Of a stretch of DNA of 64,000 bases, positions 31,204 through 40,212 are shown piece after piece. The translations under genes and the position numbers were made by a program. The notes under the pieces are model-generated. The model did not search any database. It was not told the origin of the DNA and saw only the letters and a list, made by a program, of their open reading frames with translations. The stretch comes from an uncultured Cytophagia bacterium (GTDB lineage Bacteria; Zhuqueibacterota; Zhuqueibacteria; Residuimicrobiales; Residuimicrobiaceae). Location: NCBI GenBank assembly GCA_964436305.1, contig CAYTCI010000001.1, positions 48,037 through 112,036 on the forward strand, read 5' to 3'. Numbering within the stretch: the stretch's first letter is position 1; each line of letters opens with the position of its first letter.

Positions 31204-31451
31204 GACGGTCTTTCGTTATGGGGTGGATGAGAATTAGGGGATAATGTACCATCCCCGCGTGAAAAATGCAACTCCTGATCGGCCGTGGTCCGCCCACAAA
31301 TTCTGGCGCCGACCCGGCTGCCCGCACCTCTGGTGCCCACCCGGGTCAACGCAAGAGTAAGGGGCGCCGAGATGGTCGGCACCAGCTGTTGGCGGTCTCC
31401 TTGATCCGCGTCACGCTTTCCCGTCAAGAAGCGGGAAAAGGCCTCTTTTTA

Positions 31452-31480
31452 CTTGCATTTCATGCAAAATAATGATACAC
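31452..31480 (+). promoter_or_regulatory. promoter-like element with embedded palindrome upstream of the inhibitor/protease pair
   Basis: TTGCAT (31452-31457), a 17-nt spacer, then TACACT (31475-31480). TTGCAT-ttc-ATGCAA is a perfect 6-bp inverted repeat (31452-31466). Confidence 0.3.
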
Positions 31481-31532
31481 TTCCTTGAGGGGCTATCTGG
31501 CCCTCTATTTCTTTGGACAAGGGAGGGTTGCG

Positions 31533-31919
31533 ATGATTCCCGTCGAGACCTTGCTTTGCATCGGCATGCTTCTGCTCACCTGCTCCCAGAATCCGCCCGC
31601 GAACCTGCTCACCCGTGAAGATCAGGGCAAACTCATTCCATGCCAGCTTCGTCAGGAATTTGTCGTCGAACTGGAAAGCAATCCGGCGACGGGCTTCTCC
31701 TGGCAGTTGGACAAGGGGGATAATCCCTATGTCAAACTGCTGCGCGAGGAGTTCATTCCCGGCGACCGGAAGCGGCTCGGTGCACCGGGCAAACAACTCT
31801 TTCACTTCCAGGCGATGGCCATTGGCCGAACCCCGCTGGTCATGGAATACCGGCGGGCATGGGAAGGGGAGACACCACCCGCGAAGACATTTTCGGTCAC
31901 CCTGGTTATCCGCAACTAA
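31533..31919 (+). CDS. chagasin-family cysteine-peptidase inhibitor (MEROPS I42), lipoprotein
   Basis: GGGAGGG RBS before the ATG at 31533 and lipobox LLTC. All three chagasin loop motifs are present: NPATGFSW, GAPGKQLF, YRRAWE. Confidence 0.85.
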   Translation: MIPVETLLCIGMLLLTCSQNPPANLLTREDQGKLIPCQLRQEFVVELESNPATGFSWQLDKGDNPYVKLLREEFIPGDRKRLGAPGKQLFHFQAMAIGRTPLVMEYRRAWEGETPPAKTFSVTLVIRN

Positions 31920-31967
31920 CGCTTCCTGGAAGAAAGCAGCATTTGAACTGCACAAAGGGAGGTGGCT

Positions 31968-32909
31968 ATGAGGAGAAGTCTCTGGTTGTGTTGCCTTGCG
32001 CTGATCCTGTTCTGCGCCGGAGTTTGGGCGCAGGGGCTGGATGAAAGCCAGGCGCTGCCGGCGGTACGCCAGCAGCTGCAGCGGATGCGGGAGGAGATCG
32101 GTAAACAGCAGCTTTCGTTCCGCGTCGGCTACAATGCCGCGATGACCCGCACCATCGCGCAGTTGTGCGGTACCAAAGCGCCGCAGAACTGGTGGCAGAC
32201 GGCCAAAGCCAAAAATCTGGCTAAGATCGCCGCGGCCAAATTGAAGGCGTCAGTCGCACTGCCAACCCAATGGGATTGGCGGGATCACAATGGCGTGACC
32301 GCGATCCGCGATCAGGGGAGCTGCGGCAGCTGCTGGGCCTTCGGCACCATCGGCGCTTTCGAATGCTTCCTGCTGGCGAGAAACAGTGTGACCGCCGATC
32401 TCTCGGAACAGCACCTCGTCTCCTGCAATCCGTGGGGCTATGGCTGCAACGGCGGGTGGTGGGCGTTCGACCTGCTGGTCAATCCCGGGGCCGTGCTGGA
32501 ATCGCAGTTTCCCTATGTCGCCGCGGATGTCCCCTGCCCCTCCGGCCTGACCTATGCCTACCAGGCCAGCGGCTGGGCCTATGTCGATGGCGAAAACCAG
32601 ATTGCGAACACGCAAAAGATCAAGGAGGCGATCTACCAGATCGGTCCGGTGGCCGCTGCGGTCTATGTCGGCCCCTATTTCCAGGCCTATACCGGCGGGG
32701 TTTTTGACAAGGAAGAGGCCAAGGGGGGATTCCTCAGCTGTTCAGCCGACAAGGCGGTCAACCACGCGATCCTGCTGGTGGGATGGGATGATGCCCAGGG
32801 CGCATGGATCCTGCGCAACAGCTGGAGCGCCGGCTGGGGAGAAGCGGGGTACATGCGGATCAAATACGGCATCAGCAAAGTGGGTTTTGCGGCGGCCAGC
32901 GTCTATTGA
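31968..32909 (+). CDS. secreted papain-family (C1A) cysteine peptidase
   Basis: Signal peptide MRRSLWLCCLALILFCAGVWAQG. Catalytic blocks DQGSCGSCWAF (Cys codon 32331-32333), NHAILLVGWDD and WILRNSWSAGWGEAGYMRI. AAGGGAGG RBS before the ATG at 31968. Confidence 0.93.
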   Translation: MRRSLWLCCLALILFCAGVWAQGLDESQALPAVRQQLQRMREEIGKQQLSFRVGYNAAMTRTIAQLCGTKAPQNWWQTAKAKNLAKIAAAKLKASVALPTQWDWRDHNGVTAIRDQGSCGSCWAFGTIGAFECFLLARNSVTADLSEQHLVSCNPWGYGCNGGWWAFDLLVNPGAVLESQFPYVAADVPCPSGLTYAYQASGWAYVDGENQIANTQKIKEAIYQIGPVAAAVYVGPYFQAYTGGVFDKEEAKGGFLSCSADKAVNHAILLVGWDDAQGAWILRNSWSAGWGEAGYMRIKYGISKVGFAAASVY

Positions 32910-32960
32910 GCCGCGAGGAGCGCTGCTCCACAGATGGGTGTAGCCTCAGAAAAGGGATCG

Positions 32961-32994
32961 GGAATGGGCTCTGAAAGGAGCCCATTCCTGTTTT
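32961..32994 (+). terminator. Rho-independent terminator after the C1 peptidase gene
   Basis: An 11-bp stem, ggaatgggctc (32961-32971) with gagcccattcc (32978-32988), then tgtttt. Confidence 0.7.
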
Positions 32995-33006
32995 GGGGAC
33001 GTGGAC

Positions 33007-33732
33007 CTAGCGCAGCTCGCGGATGCGCACCTCGATCTTTTCCCCCTGCAGCAGATCGATCAGCTTGCGGGTATCGGTGTCTCCGAAATGGTAGGGATAG
33101 AGGATGTGCGGCTGGAAGGCCCGGGCGGCATCGGCCACCATCTCAGGCGTCATGGTGTAAGGCAGGTTCATCGGCAGAAAGGCGACATCGATGTCCTTGA
33201 GACCTTTCATCTCCGGCGTATTCTCCGTATCGCCGGCGACATAGATGCATTTGCCACCGAAGCGCAGGAGGTAGCCATTACCCTCGCCCTTGGGATGGAA
33301 AGGCTGCTGGTCCGGACGCTTGTGGACCAGGTTATAGGCCGGCACTGCCTCGACCTCGAGATTGCCGACGGCGCATTTGCCGCCGTTGGCCAGGAGAGTG
33401 GCAGCAGGCACCTTGTCGCGGCAGACGGACGCAGCGATGATCTGCGTTTTGGGTCCGGAGATCTGGCGGATCGCCTTGGGATCGAGATGATCGAAATGGG
33501 CGTGGGTGATCAGGATCAGGTCCGCCTTGGGCAGGCTGCCATAGTCGCCGAATTCCGCGACCGGGTCGATATAGGTCACCATCGGGCCAAACTGGATCAT
33601 CAGGCTGCCGTGGCCGATGAAAGAGAGAACGACAGGGCCCCTGGCCGTCGTCAGGGTATCACTTTTGGACATGGCATGGCTCCCGGCCGAAGTGAGCAGC
33701 AAGAGAAGCAGGATCATTCCGCTCGGTTTCAT
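33007..33732 (-). CDS. secreted MBL-fold metallo-hydrolase
   Basis: Signal peptide MKPSGMILLLLLLTSAGSHA. Metal motif LILITHAHFDHLD and later YVAGDTE. GAGAGG RBS before the ATG at 33732. Confidence 0.8.
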   Translation of the reverse strand: MKPSGMILLLLLLTSAGSHAMSKSDTLTTARGPVVLSFIGHGSLMIQFGPMVTYIDPVAEFGDYGSLPKADLILITHAHFDHLDPKAIRQISGPKTQIIAASVCRDKVPAATLLANGGKCAVGNLEVEAVPAYNLVHKRPDQQPFHPKGEGNGYLLRFGGKCIYVAGDTENTPEMKGLKDIDVAFLPMNLPYTMTPEMVADAARAFQPHILYPYHFGDTDTRKLIDLLQGEKIEVRIRELR

Positions 33733-33837
33733 GGGCACCTCTCTGATTGACAAATGATTTCCCCCGCGATGCACTCTTTAATCTATTACATTGGCCGGAA
33801 AAAAGCAATCCCTTTTGGCGGCAGCCGGGGCGGCATT

Positions 33838-34710
33838 TCAGCGGAGGCGGACGAGGCGAAGGGTGACGGTGCGGCTGCCGTCGCAGCGGAGCCGGCCGAA
33901 ATAGATGCCGGTGGGGAGGGGCGCGCCATTGCCGTCGCAGCCATCCCAACGCTGACGCTGGCGCCCGCGCGGTGTGGCCCAGGAGCGCACGATGCGGCCG
34001 CGCAGATCGAGGATTTCGAGCAGAGCCGCTTCGGGGGTCCGCCACTCGAGGAGGATTTCGGGATTGAAGGGATTGGGCCAGGCGGTCAGTACAGCGGGGA
34101 CGGCTGCCCCGATGGGGGCGGGATCCTGGCGGGTTTCGACCGGCAGGGTATGGTCGTAAACGCTGTTGGCTGCGCCCGGGGTGCCGTTGATGGGCAGACC
34201 GTTGGCATCACTGCCGTTGCGCGTCAGGGTGTCGTTGGCAGCCCAGCTGGCGGGGAGCATTCCGTCGATGACAGGGTGTTTTTTCTCCATGCTGGTTTTG
34301 GGATTGTTCGAGCCGGCAAACCAGCCGCTCGAATCGCACCGCACCTGATCGACCAGCAGCGAGTCGGCATCGCGCAGGGTCAGCCATTCGCCGCTGTTTT
34401 TGAGGTCGCCGGTGAAGAGCAGGTCGGCGGGCCGGTCGCTGATGGTCTGCTCGTCGGTTCGTTCCAGCACAAAAAAGCCGCCCGGCGGGATGATGCCGGA
34501 GAGCCGGATGACCGGGGCGCCATCGGCCGCGCTCAGGCTCCAGCCCTGGAGATCGATCGCGCCGGGGGTGGGGTTGCAGAGCTCGATCCACTCATCGCTG
34601 GCGCTGGCCCGGGTGCCCATCCAGGCGATCTCGTTGATGACCACCGTTTGCGCCGGCAGCCAGGCCGGCAGGGCCAGTGCGAGCAGGAGATGTCCAGCCG
34701 CTATCCGCAT
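33838..34710 (-). CDS. secreted lamin-tail-domain (LTD) protein with T9SS-type C-terminal sorting domain
   Basis: Signal peptide. LTD signature VVINEIAWMG...DEWIELCNPTPGAIDLQGWSL...LKNSGEWLTLRD. C-terminus is WPNPFNPEILLEW...GIYFGRL...LRLVRLR (Por_Secre_tail/FlgD-Ig-like). Confidence 0.78.
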   Translation of the reverse strand: MRIAAGHLLLALALPAWLPAQTVVINEIAWMGTRASASDEWIELCNPTPGAIDLQGWSLSAADGAPVIRLSGIIPPGGFFVLERTDEQTISDRPADLLFTGDLKNSGEWLTLRDADSLLVDQVRCDSSGWFAGSNNPKTSMEKKHPVIDGMLPASWAANDTLTRNGSDANGLPINGTPGAANSVYDHTLPVETRQDPAPIGAAVPAVLTAWPNPFNPEILLEWRTPEAALLEILDLRGRIVRSWATPRGRQRQRWDGCDGNGAPLPTGIYFGRLRCDGSRTVTLRLVRLR

Positions 34711-34872
34711 ACTGTAATATCCCCATCCCGCGTTAAAAAATCAAGGGACAAAATCGCCACTCCTTCCCCTTGCGGTCGGCAGCCATGTGCGAGCGCCGCA
34801 GAAAAAGAGTGGTTTTTTTGCTCAAATTCTCCTATTTTATGGGCGTTGGTCACCTCCAATCCTGAGAGCGGC

Positions 34873-35667
34873 ATGAGTTATCCGATCCGGCCGAAGAAGA
34901 GCCTCGGCCAGAATTTCCTGGTAGACGGCAACGTCCTGCGCAGCATCGCCGATGCCCTGGCGCTCGGGCCGGGGGATACGGTGCTGGAGATCGGTCCGGG
35001 CACGGGCCTGCTGACCGAACTGCTGCAGCCGCGGGTCGGGCAGCTGGTGGCCGTCGAGATCGACCGCCAGCTGGCGGCGGTGCTGCGGGTGAAATTTTTC
35101 AGCGCCGCCAATTTCAGGCTGGTGGAGGGCGACATCCTCGATATGGCACCGATGACGCTCGCCGAGGAGCGCCCGCTGCGGGTAGTGGGCAACATCCCCT
35201 ACTACATCACCTCGCAGATCATTTTTCACTTTTTCGATGACCGCCGCAACCTGGTTGACATGGCCCTGCTCATGCAGCGCGAGGTGGCGGAACGGATCGT
35301 CGCCGGGGTGGGCGACCCCGAGTATGGCATCCTCTCGGTCTTCAGCCGCACCTTCGCCGATGCGGAGATTCTGCTGCAGGTGCCACGGACCGTCTTCAAG
35401 CCGCGGCCCAAGGTCGACTCCGCCCTGGTGCGCTGGCGGTTCACCGACCGGCATACGCGCGGACTGCACGACGAGACTCTTTTCCGCCGCCTGGTGCGCA
35501 GTGCGTTCGGCCAGCGCCGCAAGATGCTGCGCAAATCCCTGCGCGACAAATTCGATCTCGAAAGGCTGGCCGCTTTCGACCTGACGCGCCGCCCCGAAGA
35601 ACTGGATGCAAGCGACTGGATCACCATGGCCAACGCCCTTGCCGGTCCGCCGGCGGGCACGGCCTGA
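34873..35667 (+). CDS. rsmA: 16S rRNA (adenine1518/1519-N6)-dimethyltransferase
   Basis: KKSLGQNFLVDGNVLRSI, VLEIGPGTGLLTELL, VVGNIPYYITS. The ATG at 34873 is the homologous N-terminus; the track ORF start at 33754 is an antisense extension. Confidence 0.95.
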   Translation: MSYPIRPKKSLGQNFLVDGNVLRSIADALALGPGDTVLEIGPGTGLLTELLQPRVGQLVAVEIDRQLAAVLRVKFFSAANFRLVEGDILDMAPMTLAEERPLRVVGNIPYYITSQIIFHFFDDRRNLVDMALLMQREVAERIVAGVGDPEYGILSVFSRTFADAEILLQVPRTVFKPRPKVDSALVRWRFTDRHTRGLHDETLFRRLVRSAFGQRRKMLRKSLRDKFDLERLAAFDLTRRPEELDASDWITMANALAGPPAGTA

Positions 35668-35677
35668 GGAGCGCTCC

Positions 35678-36508
35678 ATGCCCCTGAGCAAGACCGAAGC
35701 GATCGTCCTGCACGCGCGCAAACAGGGGGAGACCAGCAAGATCCTCTCACTCTACACCCTGCATTACGGCCGTCAGAGCGTGATGGCCAAGGGGGCGCGC
35801 AGCCTGAAATCCCGCTACAGCGGCGTGCTTGAGCCGCTGAGCCATATTCAGATGGTGTTTTACCGCTACGAGAACCGCGACCTGCACTATCTGAGCCAGG
35901 CGGAAGCGGTGCATCCCTTTCCCCGGGTGCATGGCGAGCTCGGCCGGATGGCGCTGGCAGCGATCCCTTGCGAGATCTGTGAGCGCAATGAGGCCGGCGG
36001 CCACGCCAACCCGGCCCTCTTCCGCCTCCTGCTCGAGAGTCTGATGCTGCTGGACGCGGCGGAGAGCGGCCTGCGCCAGATCGTCCGCGCCTTTATGCTC
36101 CACTATCTTGATCTCTCCGGTTTCCGCGGCGAGTACCGGCTCTGCCTGGGCTGCCGGGAGGAAAAGCTGCGCGACCGGCAGTTTTTTGATTACAGCAGCG
36201 GCGGCTACCGCTGCAGTGCCTGCGAGGGGATGGCGGGCGAGGGACAGCCCCTCTCGAAACGGGCGCTGCTGGCCCTCCACTTTCTCGGCCATGCCCGCCT
36301 GGATCAAAGCACCACCCTGCGCAGCGATCCCGAACTCGGGCGTGAGCTCGATCAGTTCCTGCTCGCCAACATGCGCTGGCATCTCGAACCGCTGCGCTCG
36401 CTGCGCAGCGTCGCCTATCTGGAACAATTACAGACCCATTTGCAGCAAACCCAAGAGGAAGAACAAGGAAAACCGTATGGCCAACCCGACCCCCAATGCC
36501 CTGGATAA
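35678..36508 (+). CDS. recO: DNA repair protein RecO
   Basis: N-terminal OB-fold (TEAIVLHARKQGETSKILSLYTLHYGRQSVMAKGAR) and Zn-finger CLGC...CSAC. The last ~30 nt overlap glyQS. Confidence 0.88.
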   Translation: MPLSKTEAIVLHARKQGETSKILSLYTLHYGRQSVMAKGARSLKSRYSGVLEPLSHIQMVFYRYENRDLHYLSQAEAVHPFPRVHGELGRMALAAIPCEICERNEAGGHANPALFRLLLESLMLLDAAESGLRQIVRAFMLHYLDLSGFRGEYRLCLGCREEKLRDRQFFDYSSGGYRCSACEGMAGEGQPLSKRALLALHFLGHARLDQSTTLRSDPELGRELDQFLLANMRWHLEPLRSLRSVAYLEQLQTHLQQTQEEEQGKPYGQPDPQCPG

Positions 36509-37790
36509 ACTGATCTCCCTGTGCCGCCGCCGCGGCTTTATCTTTCAGTCGAGTGAGATCTATGGCGGACTGAACGCCTGCTATGATTACGGCCCACTCG
36601 GGGTCGAGTTGAAACGCAACGTCAAGGATTTCTGGTGGAACTGGATGGTGCGCCGCCGCCGCGATGTGGTCGGACTCGATGCCGCCATCCTCATGGCCCC
36701 CAGGGTGTGGGAAGCCTCCGGCCATGTCGCCGGCTTCACCGACCCCATGGTCGACTGCAAGGTCTGCAAACGTCGCTTCCGCGCCGACATGATTCCCGAA
36801 GCCGGCAAATGCCCCGAATGCGGCGGCCAGCTGACCGACATCCGTCAGTTCAACCTGATGTTCAAGACCTTTATGGGGCCGGTCGAGGAGAGCGCCAGCG
36901 TCGTCTATCTGCGCCCGGAGACCGCCCAGGGCATCTATGTCAACTATCAGAATGTCCTTGACTCGAGCCGCCTCAAGGTGCCCTTCGGCATCGGCCAGAT
37001 CGGCAAGGCCTTCCGCAACGAGATCACCACCGAGAATTTCATCTTTCGCACCCGTGAATTCGAGCAGATGGAGATGCAGTATTTCGTCAAACCCGGGACG
37101 GACATGGAGTGGTTCGAGACCTGGAAACAGGACCGCCAGAGCTACTATGCCGCCCTGGGCATCCGGCCGGAGAAGATCCGCTTCCACCAGCACGGCGCGG
37201 ATGAGCTGGCCCATTATGCCGCGGCGGCCTTCGACATCCAGTACGAATTCCCCTTCGGCTGGAAGGAGCTTGAGGGCATCCACAACCGCACCGATTTTGA
37301 TCTCAAACGCCACCAGGAGTACTCCGGCGTCGATCTGAGCTACTTTGATGAAGTGACCCGTGAGCGTTATATCCCCTACATCATCGAGACCTCGGCCGGG
37401 GTCGACCGCACCATGTTGTGCATCCTCAGTGACGCCTTTGAGGAACAACAGCTTGAGAAGGACACCCGCACCGTGCTCCATTTCCACCCGGCCGTTGCGC
37501 CGGTCAAGGCGGGCATCTTCCCGCTGGTGAAGAAGGATGGCATGCCCGAACTGGCCCATGAGATCGAGGCGATGCTACAGCCCTACTTTGCCGTCTTTTA
37601 CGACGAGAGCGGCGCTGTCGGACGCCGTTACCGCCGCCAGGACGAGATTGGCACCCCCTTCTGTCTGACGGTCGATACCGAGAGCCTGCAGAACCAGACG
37701 GTCACGGTGCGTGACCGCGACACCATGCAGCAGGAGCGCCTCCCGATCGCCGAGCTGATGAGCTTTCTGCATAAAAAGATCCACGGCTAG
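36477..37790 (+). CDS. glyQS: glycyl-tRNA synthetase (homodimeric GlyQS type)
   Basis: LCRRRGFIFQSSEIYGGLNACYDYGPLGVELKRNV, YLRPETAQGIYVNY, GKAFRNEITT, RTREFEQMEMQYF, IETSAGVDR. Confidence 0.95.
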   Translation: MANPTPNALDKLISLCRRRGFIFQSSEIYGGLNACYDYGPLGVELKRNVKDFWWNWMVRRRRDVVGLDAAILMAPRVWEASGHVAGFTDPMVDCKVCKRRFRADMIPEAGKCPECGGQLTDIRQFNLMFKTFMGPVEESASVVYLRPETAQGIYVNYQNVLDSSRLKVPFGIGQIGKAFRNEITTENFIFRTREFEQMEMQYFVKPGTDMEWFETWKQDRQSYYAALGIRPEKIRFHQHGADELAHYAAAAFDIQYEFPFGWKELEGIHNRTDFDLKRHQEYSGVDLSYFDEVTRERYIPYIIETSAGVDRTMLCILSDAFEEQQLEKDTRTVLHFHPAVAPVKAGIFPLVKKDGMPELAHEIEAMLQPYFAVFYDESGAVGRRYRRQDEIGTPFCLTVDTESLQNQTVTVRDRDTMQQERLPIAELMSFLHKKIHG

Positions 37791-37802
37791 AAAGGAGAGG
37801 CG

Positions 37803-38615
37803 ATGCACTTCGCCGAACGTCTTGACCAGATCATCCGGACGCGCAAGAGTCTGCTTTGCGTCGGTCTGGACAGTGTGCTCGACAAGATTCCCGAGTCCCT
37901 GCGGCACGAGCCCGATCCGCTCTTTGCCTTCAACAAGGCGATCATCGATGCCACCGCCCCCTATGCAGCGGCCTTCAAGGTGAATACGGCCTTTTATGAG
38001 GCCCATGGAGTGACCGGGTGGCGGACGCTGGAGGCGACCTTCCGCTATCTGCCGGCGGAAACCCTCCGTATCGCAGATGCCAAACGAGGCGACATCGGCA
38101 ACACCTCCAGGATGTACGCCCGCGCCGTCTTTGAACATCTGGGGGCGGATGCGGTGACGGTCCATCCGCTGATGGGTGGCGATTCGGTGGCGCCGTTTCT
38201 TGAGGATGAATCGCGCGGCGCTTTCTTCCTCTGCCTCACCTCCAATCCCGGCTCGCGCGATTTTCAGCACCTCGATTGCGGCGGACGTCCGCTCTACGAG
38301 GTCATCGCCCGGCAAGTGCAGCAATGGAATGCCCGCGGCAACTGCGGACTGGTGGTTGGTGCGACCCAGCCCGACCAGCTGGCTGCGATCCGCCAGCTGG
38401 CGCCGGAGCTGCCCTTGCTCATTCCGGGCATCGGCGCCCAGGGTGGCGAACTCGAGGCGGCGGTGCGCGCCGGGTGCGACAGCGCGGGGCGCGGAGCGCT
38501 GTTCAACTCGAGCCGGGCGATCCTTTTCGCCGGCAGCGGAGCGGACTTTGCCGGAGCGGCCGGGGCGGCAGCCCGGGCAACCCGGGATGAGCTGGAGCAA
38601 GCCAGAAGAATCTGA
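37803..38615 (+). CDS. pyrF: orotidine 5'-phosphate decarboxylase (type 2)
   Basis: LLCVGLDS, ADAKRGDIGNTS, LLIPGIGAQGG blocks. Confidence 0.9.
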   Translation: MHFAERLDQIIRTRKSLLCVGLDSVLDKIPESLRHEPDPLFAFNKAIIDATAPYAAAFKVNTAFYEAHGVTGWRTLEATFRYLPAETLRIADAKRGDIGNTSRMYARAVFEHLGADAVTVHPLMGGDSVAPFLEDESRGAFFLCLTSNPGSRDFQHLDCGGRPLYEVIARQVQQWNARGNCGLVVGATQPDQLAAIRQLAPELPLLIPGIGAQGGELEAAVRAGCDSAGRGALFNSSRAILFAGSGADFAGAAGAAARATRDELEQARRI

Positions 38616-38629
38616 ACAAGGAGCACAGG

Positions 38630-39202
38630 ATGACCAACGATGAAGCTTTGGCCCTATTCCGGGAGAGCGAGGCGCTGCTCGAGGGCCATTTCCGCCTCAC
38701 CTCGGGATTGCACAGCCCGAATTACTTCCAGTGCGCCCGGGTGCTGCAGTATCCGCAGCATGCCGAGCGCTTTTGCCGGCTGATCGCCGAACGGTTTCAC
38801 AGTGAAGGGATCGAGGTGGTGATCTCGCCGGCGATCGGCGGGATCGTGGTGGGCCAGGAGGTGGCGCGCCTGCTCGGTTGTCGCGCGATTTTTGCCGAGC
38901 GCGAGGAGGGGGCGATGACGCTGCGCCGCGGTTTCGCGATCCGGCCGGGCGAACGCTGTCTGGCGGTGGAGGATGTCGTCACCACCGGCGGCTCGGTCAA
39001 GGAAGTGATCGCTCTGGCGCAGGCCGCCGGCGCCGAGGTCAGGGGCGCGGCCTTCATCGTCGATCGCAGCGCCGGCCGGGCGTCGTTTACCGTCCCCTTT
39101 TACGCGGCGCTCAGGATGGAGGTGGTCACCTATCCACCGGAGGAGTGCCCGCTCTGCGCCCGGGGGATTCCCGTCGTCAAGCCGGGCAGCCGCAAGGTTT
39201 GA
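38630..39202 (+). CDS. pyrE: orotate phosphoribosyltransferase
   Basis: LEGHFRLTSGLHSPNYFQC and PRPP loop CLAVEDVVTTGGSVKE. Confidence 0.93.
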   Translation: MTNDEALALFRESEALLEGHFRLTSGLHSPNYFQCARVLQYPQHAERFCRLIAERFHSEGIEVVISPAIGGIVVGQEVARLLGCRAIFAEREEGAMTLRRGFAIRPGERCLAVEDVVTTGGSVKEVIALAQAAGAEVRGAAFIVDRSAGRASFTVPFYAALRMEVVTYPPEECPLCARGIPVVKPGSRKV

Positions 39203-39221
39203 AACACCGCTGCCTGTAACG

Positions 39222-39253
39222 AAAAAAAAGCCCTGTCGAGTGACAGGGCTTTT
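39222..39253. terminator. bidirectional Rho-independent terminator between convergent pyrE and the sigma factor gene
   Basis: A8 (39222-39229), then stem agccctgtc with gacagggct and loop gagt, then TTT. On the minus strand the hairpin is followed by T8. Confidence 0.8.
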
Positions 39254-39258
39254 GCGTT

Positions 39259-40143
39259 TCAGCCGAGGTATTTTCGCAGCGGCTCCAGCCGGGAGCGATG
39301 GCGCAAACGGCGCAGGGCTTTCTCCTTGATCTGCCGGACGCGTTCACGCGTCAGGGTGAAGTATTCGCCGATCTCCTCAAGCGTCAGAGGACGGTCGCCA
39401 TCCAGCCCGAAATAGAGTTTGACTATTTCCGCTTCGCGCGGTTTGAGGGTGGAGAGGACCTTCTCGATCTCTTCACGCAGGGAGGAGCGCATCAGGGTGC
39501 CGTCGGGGGGCTCGTAGCGATCGCTTTCGAGCACATCGAGGAGACTGTTGCCCTCATCCTCCTTGAAAGGTTCGTCGAGGGAGAGATGGCGCGCGGAGGT
39601 CTTGAGGACGTCCGCCACTTCAAAGGAGCTCATGTCCATGCGGGTGGCGATTTCATCCATGCTGGGTTCGCGGCCGTACTCTTTTTCGAGGGCTTCAAGC
39701 GCCCGGCCGACCTTGTTGATGGCCCCGACACGGTTGAGAGGCAGGCGCACCACGCGGGACTGTTCCGCCAGTGCCTGCAGGATGGATTGGCGAATCCACC
39801 AGACCGCATAGGAGATGAATTTGAAGCCCCTGGTCTCATCGAATCGCTGGGCAGCCTTGATGAGGCCGAGGTTGCCTTCGCTGATCAGATCCTGCAGGGG
39901 CAATCCCTGACCCTGGTATTCCTTGGCGACGCTGATGACAAAGCGCAGATTGGCTTTGACGAGCTTGTCCAGAGCTTCTTCGTCGCCTTTGCGAATACGC
40001 CGGGCCAGAGCGATCTCTTCTTCCGGAGGCAGCGGGGAAAAGCCGCCGATCTCCTCGAGATACTTTTCAATCGACTCCTTGGTCCTGGTCTCGGCAGGTT
40101 TTTTCTTTTTCTTTTTGGTCATGAGCTGCACTTGCGTTGGCAT
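39259..40143 (-). CDS. rpoD: RNA polymerase primary-like sigma-70 factor, short Bacteroidota/Chlorobi type (no region 1.1)
   Basis: [57 protein letters not shown] (regions 2.x) and [27 protein letters not shown] (4.2). Lys-run near the N-terminus. The start could instead be the ATG at 40122. Confidence 0.92.
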   Translation of the reverse strand: MPTQVQLMTKKKKKKPAETRTKESIEKYLEEIGGFSPLPPEEEIALARRIRKGDEEALDKLVKANLRFVISVAKEYQGQGLPLQDLISEGNLGLIKAAQRFDETRGFKFISYAVWWIRQSILQALAEQSRVVRLPLNRVGAINKVGRALEALEKEYGREPSMDEIATRMDMSSFEVADVLKTSARHLSLDEPFKEDEGNSLLDVLESDRYEPPDGTLMRSSLREEIEKVLSTLKPREAEIVKLYFGLDGDRPLTLEEIGEYFTLTRERVRQIKEKALRRLRHRSRLEPLRKYLG

Positions 40144-40212
40144 AGATGGAAACGGGCCTTTTTGAAAAGGGTTGGTTAGGAGATGATCATGTGCGTGAAT
40201 TAGGGGTCTTGC

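Noticed and set aside
34757-34819. ccactc ... gagtgg followed by T7 in the rsmA upstream region (possible terminator or sRNA end)
   Set aside because: It has only a 6-bp stem enclosing a ~44-nt loop, and there is no upstream plus-strand gene to terminate. The evidence is insufficient.
33754-34872. 5' extension of the rsmA ORF (the track calls 33754-35667 a single 637-aa ORF)
   Set aside because: Homology to RsmA begins at MSYPIRPKKSLGQNFL (ATG at 34873). The upstream 373 codons are antisense to the well-supported LTD gene and are Gly/Ala/Arg-rich.
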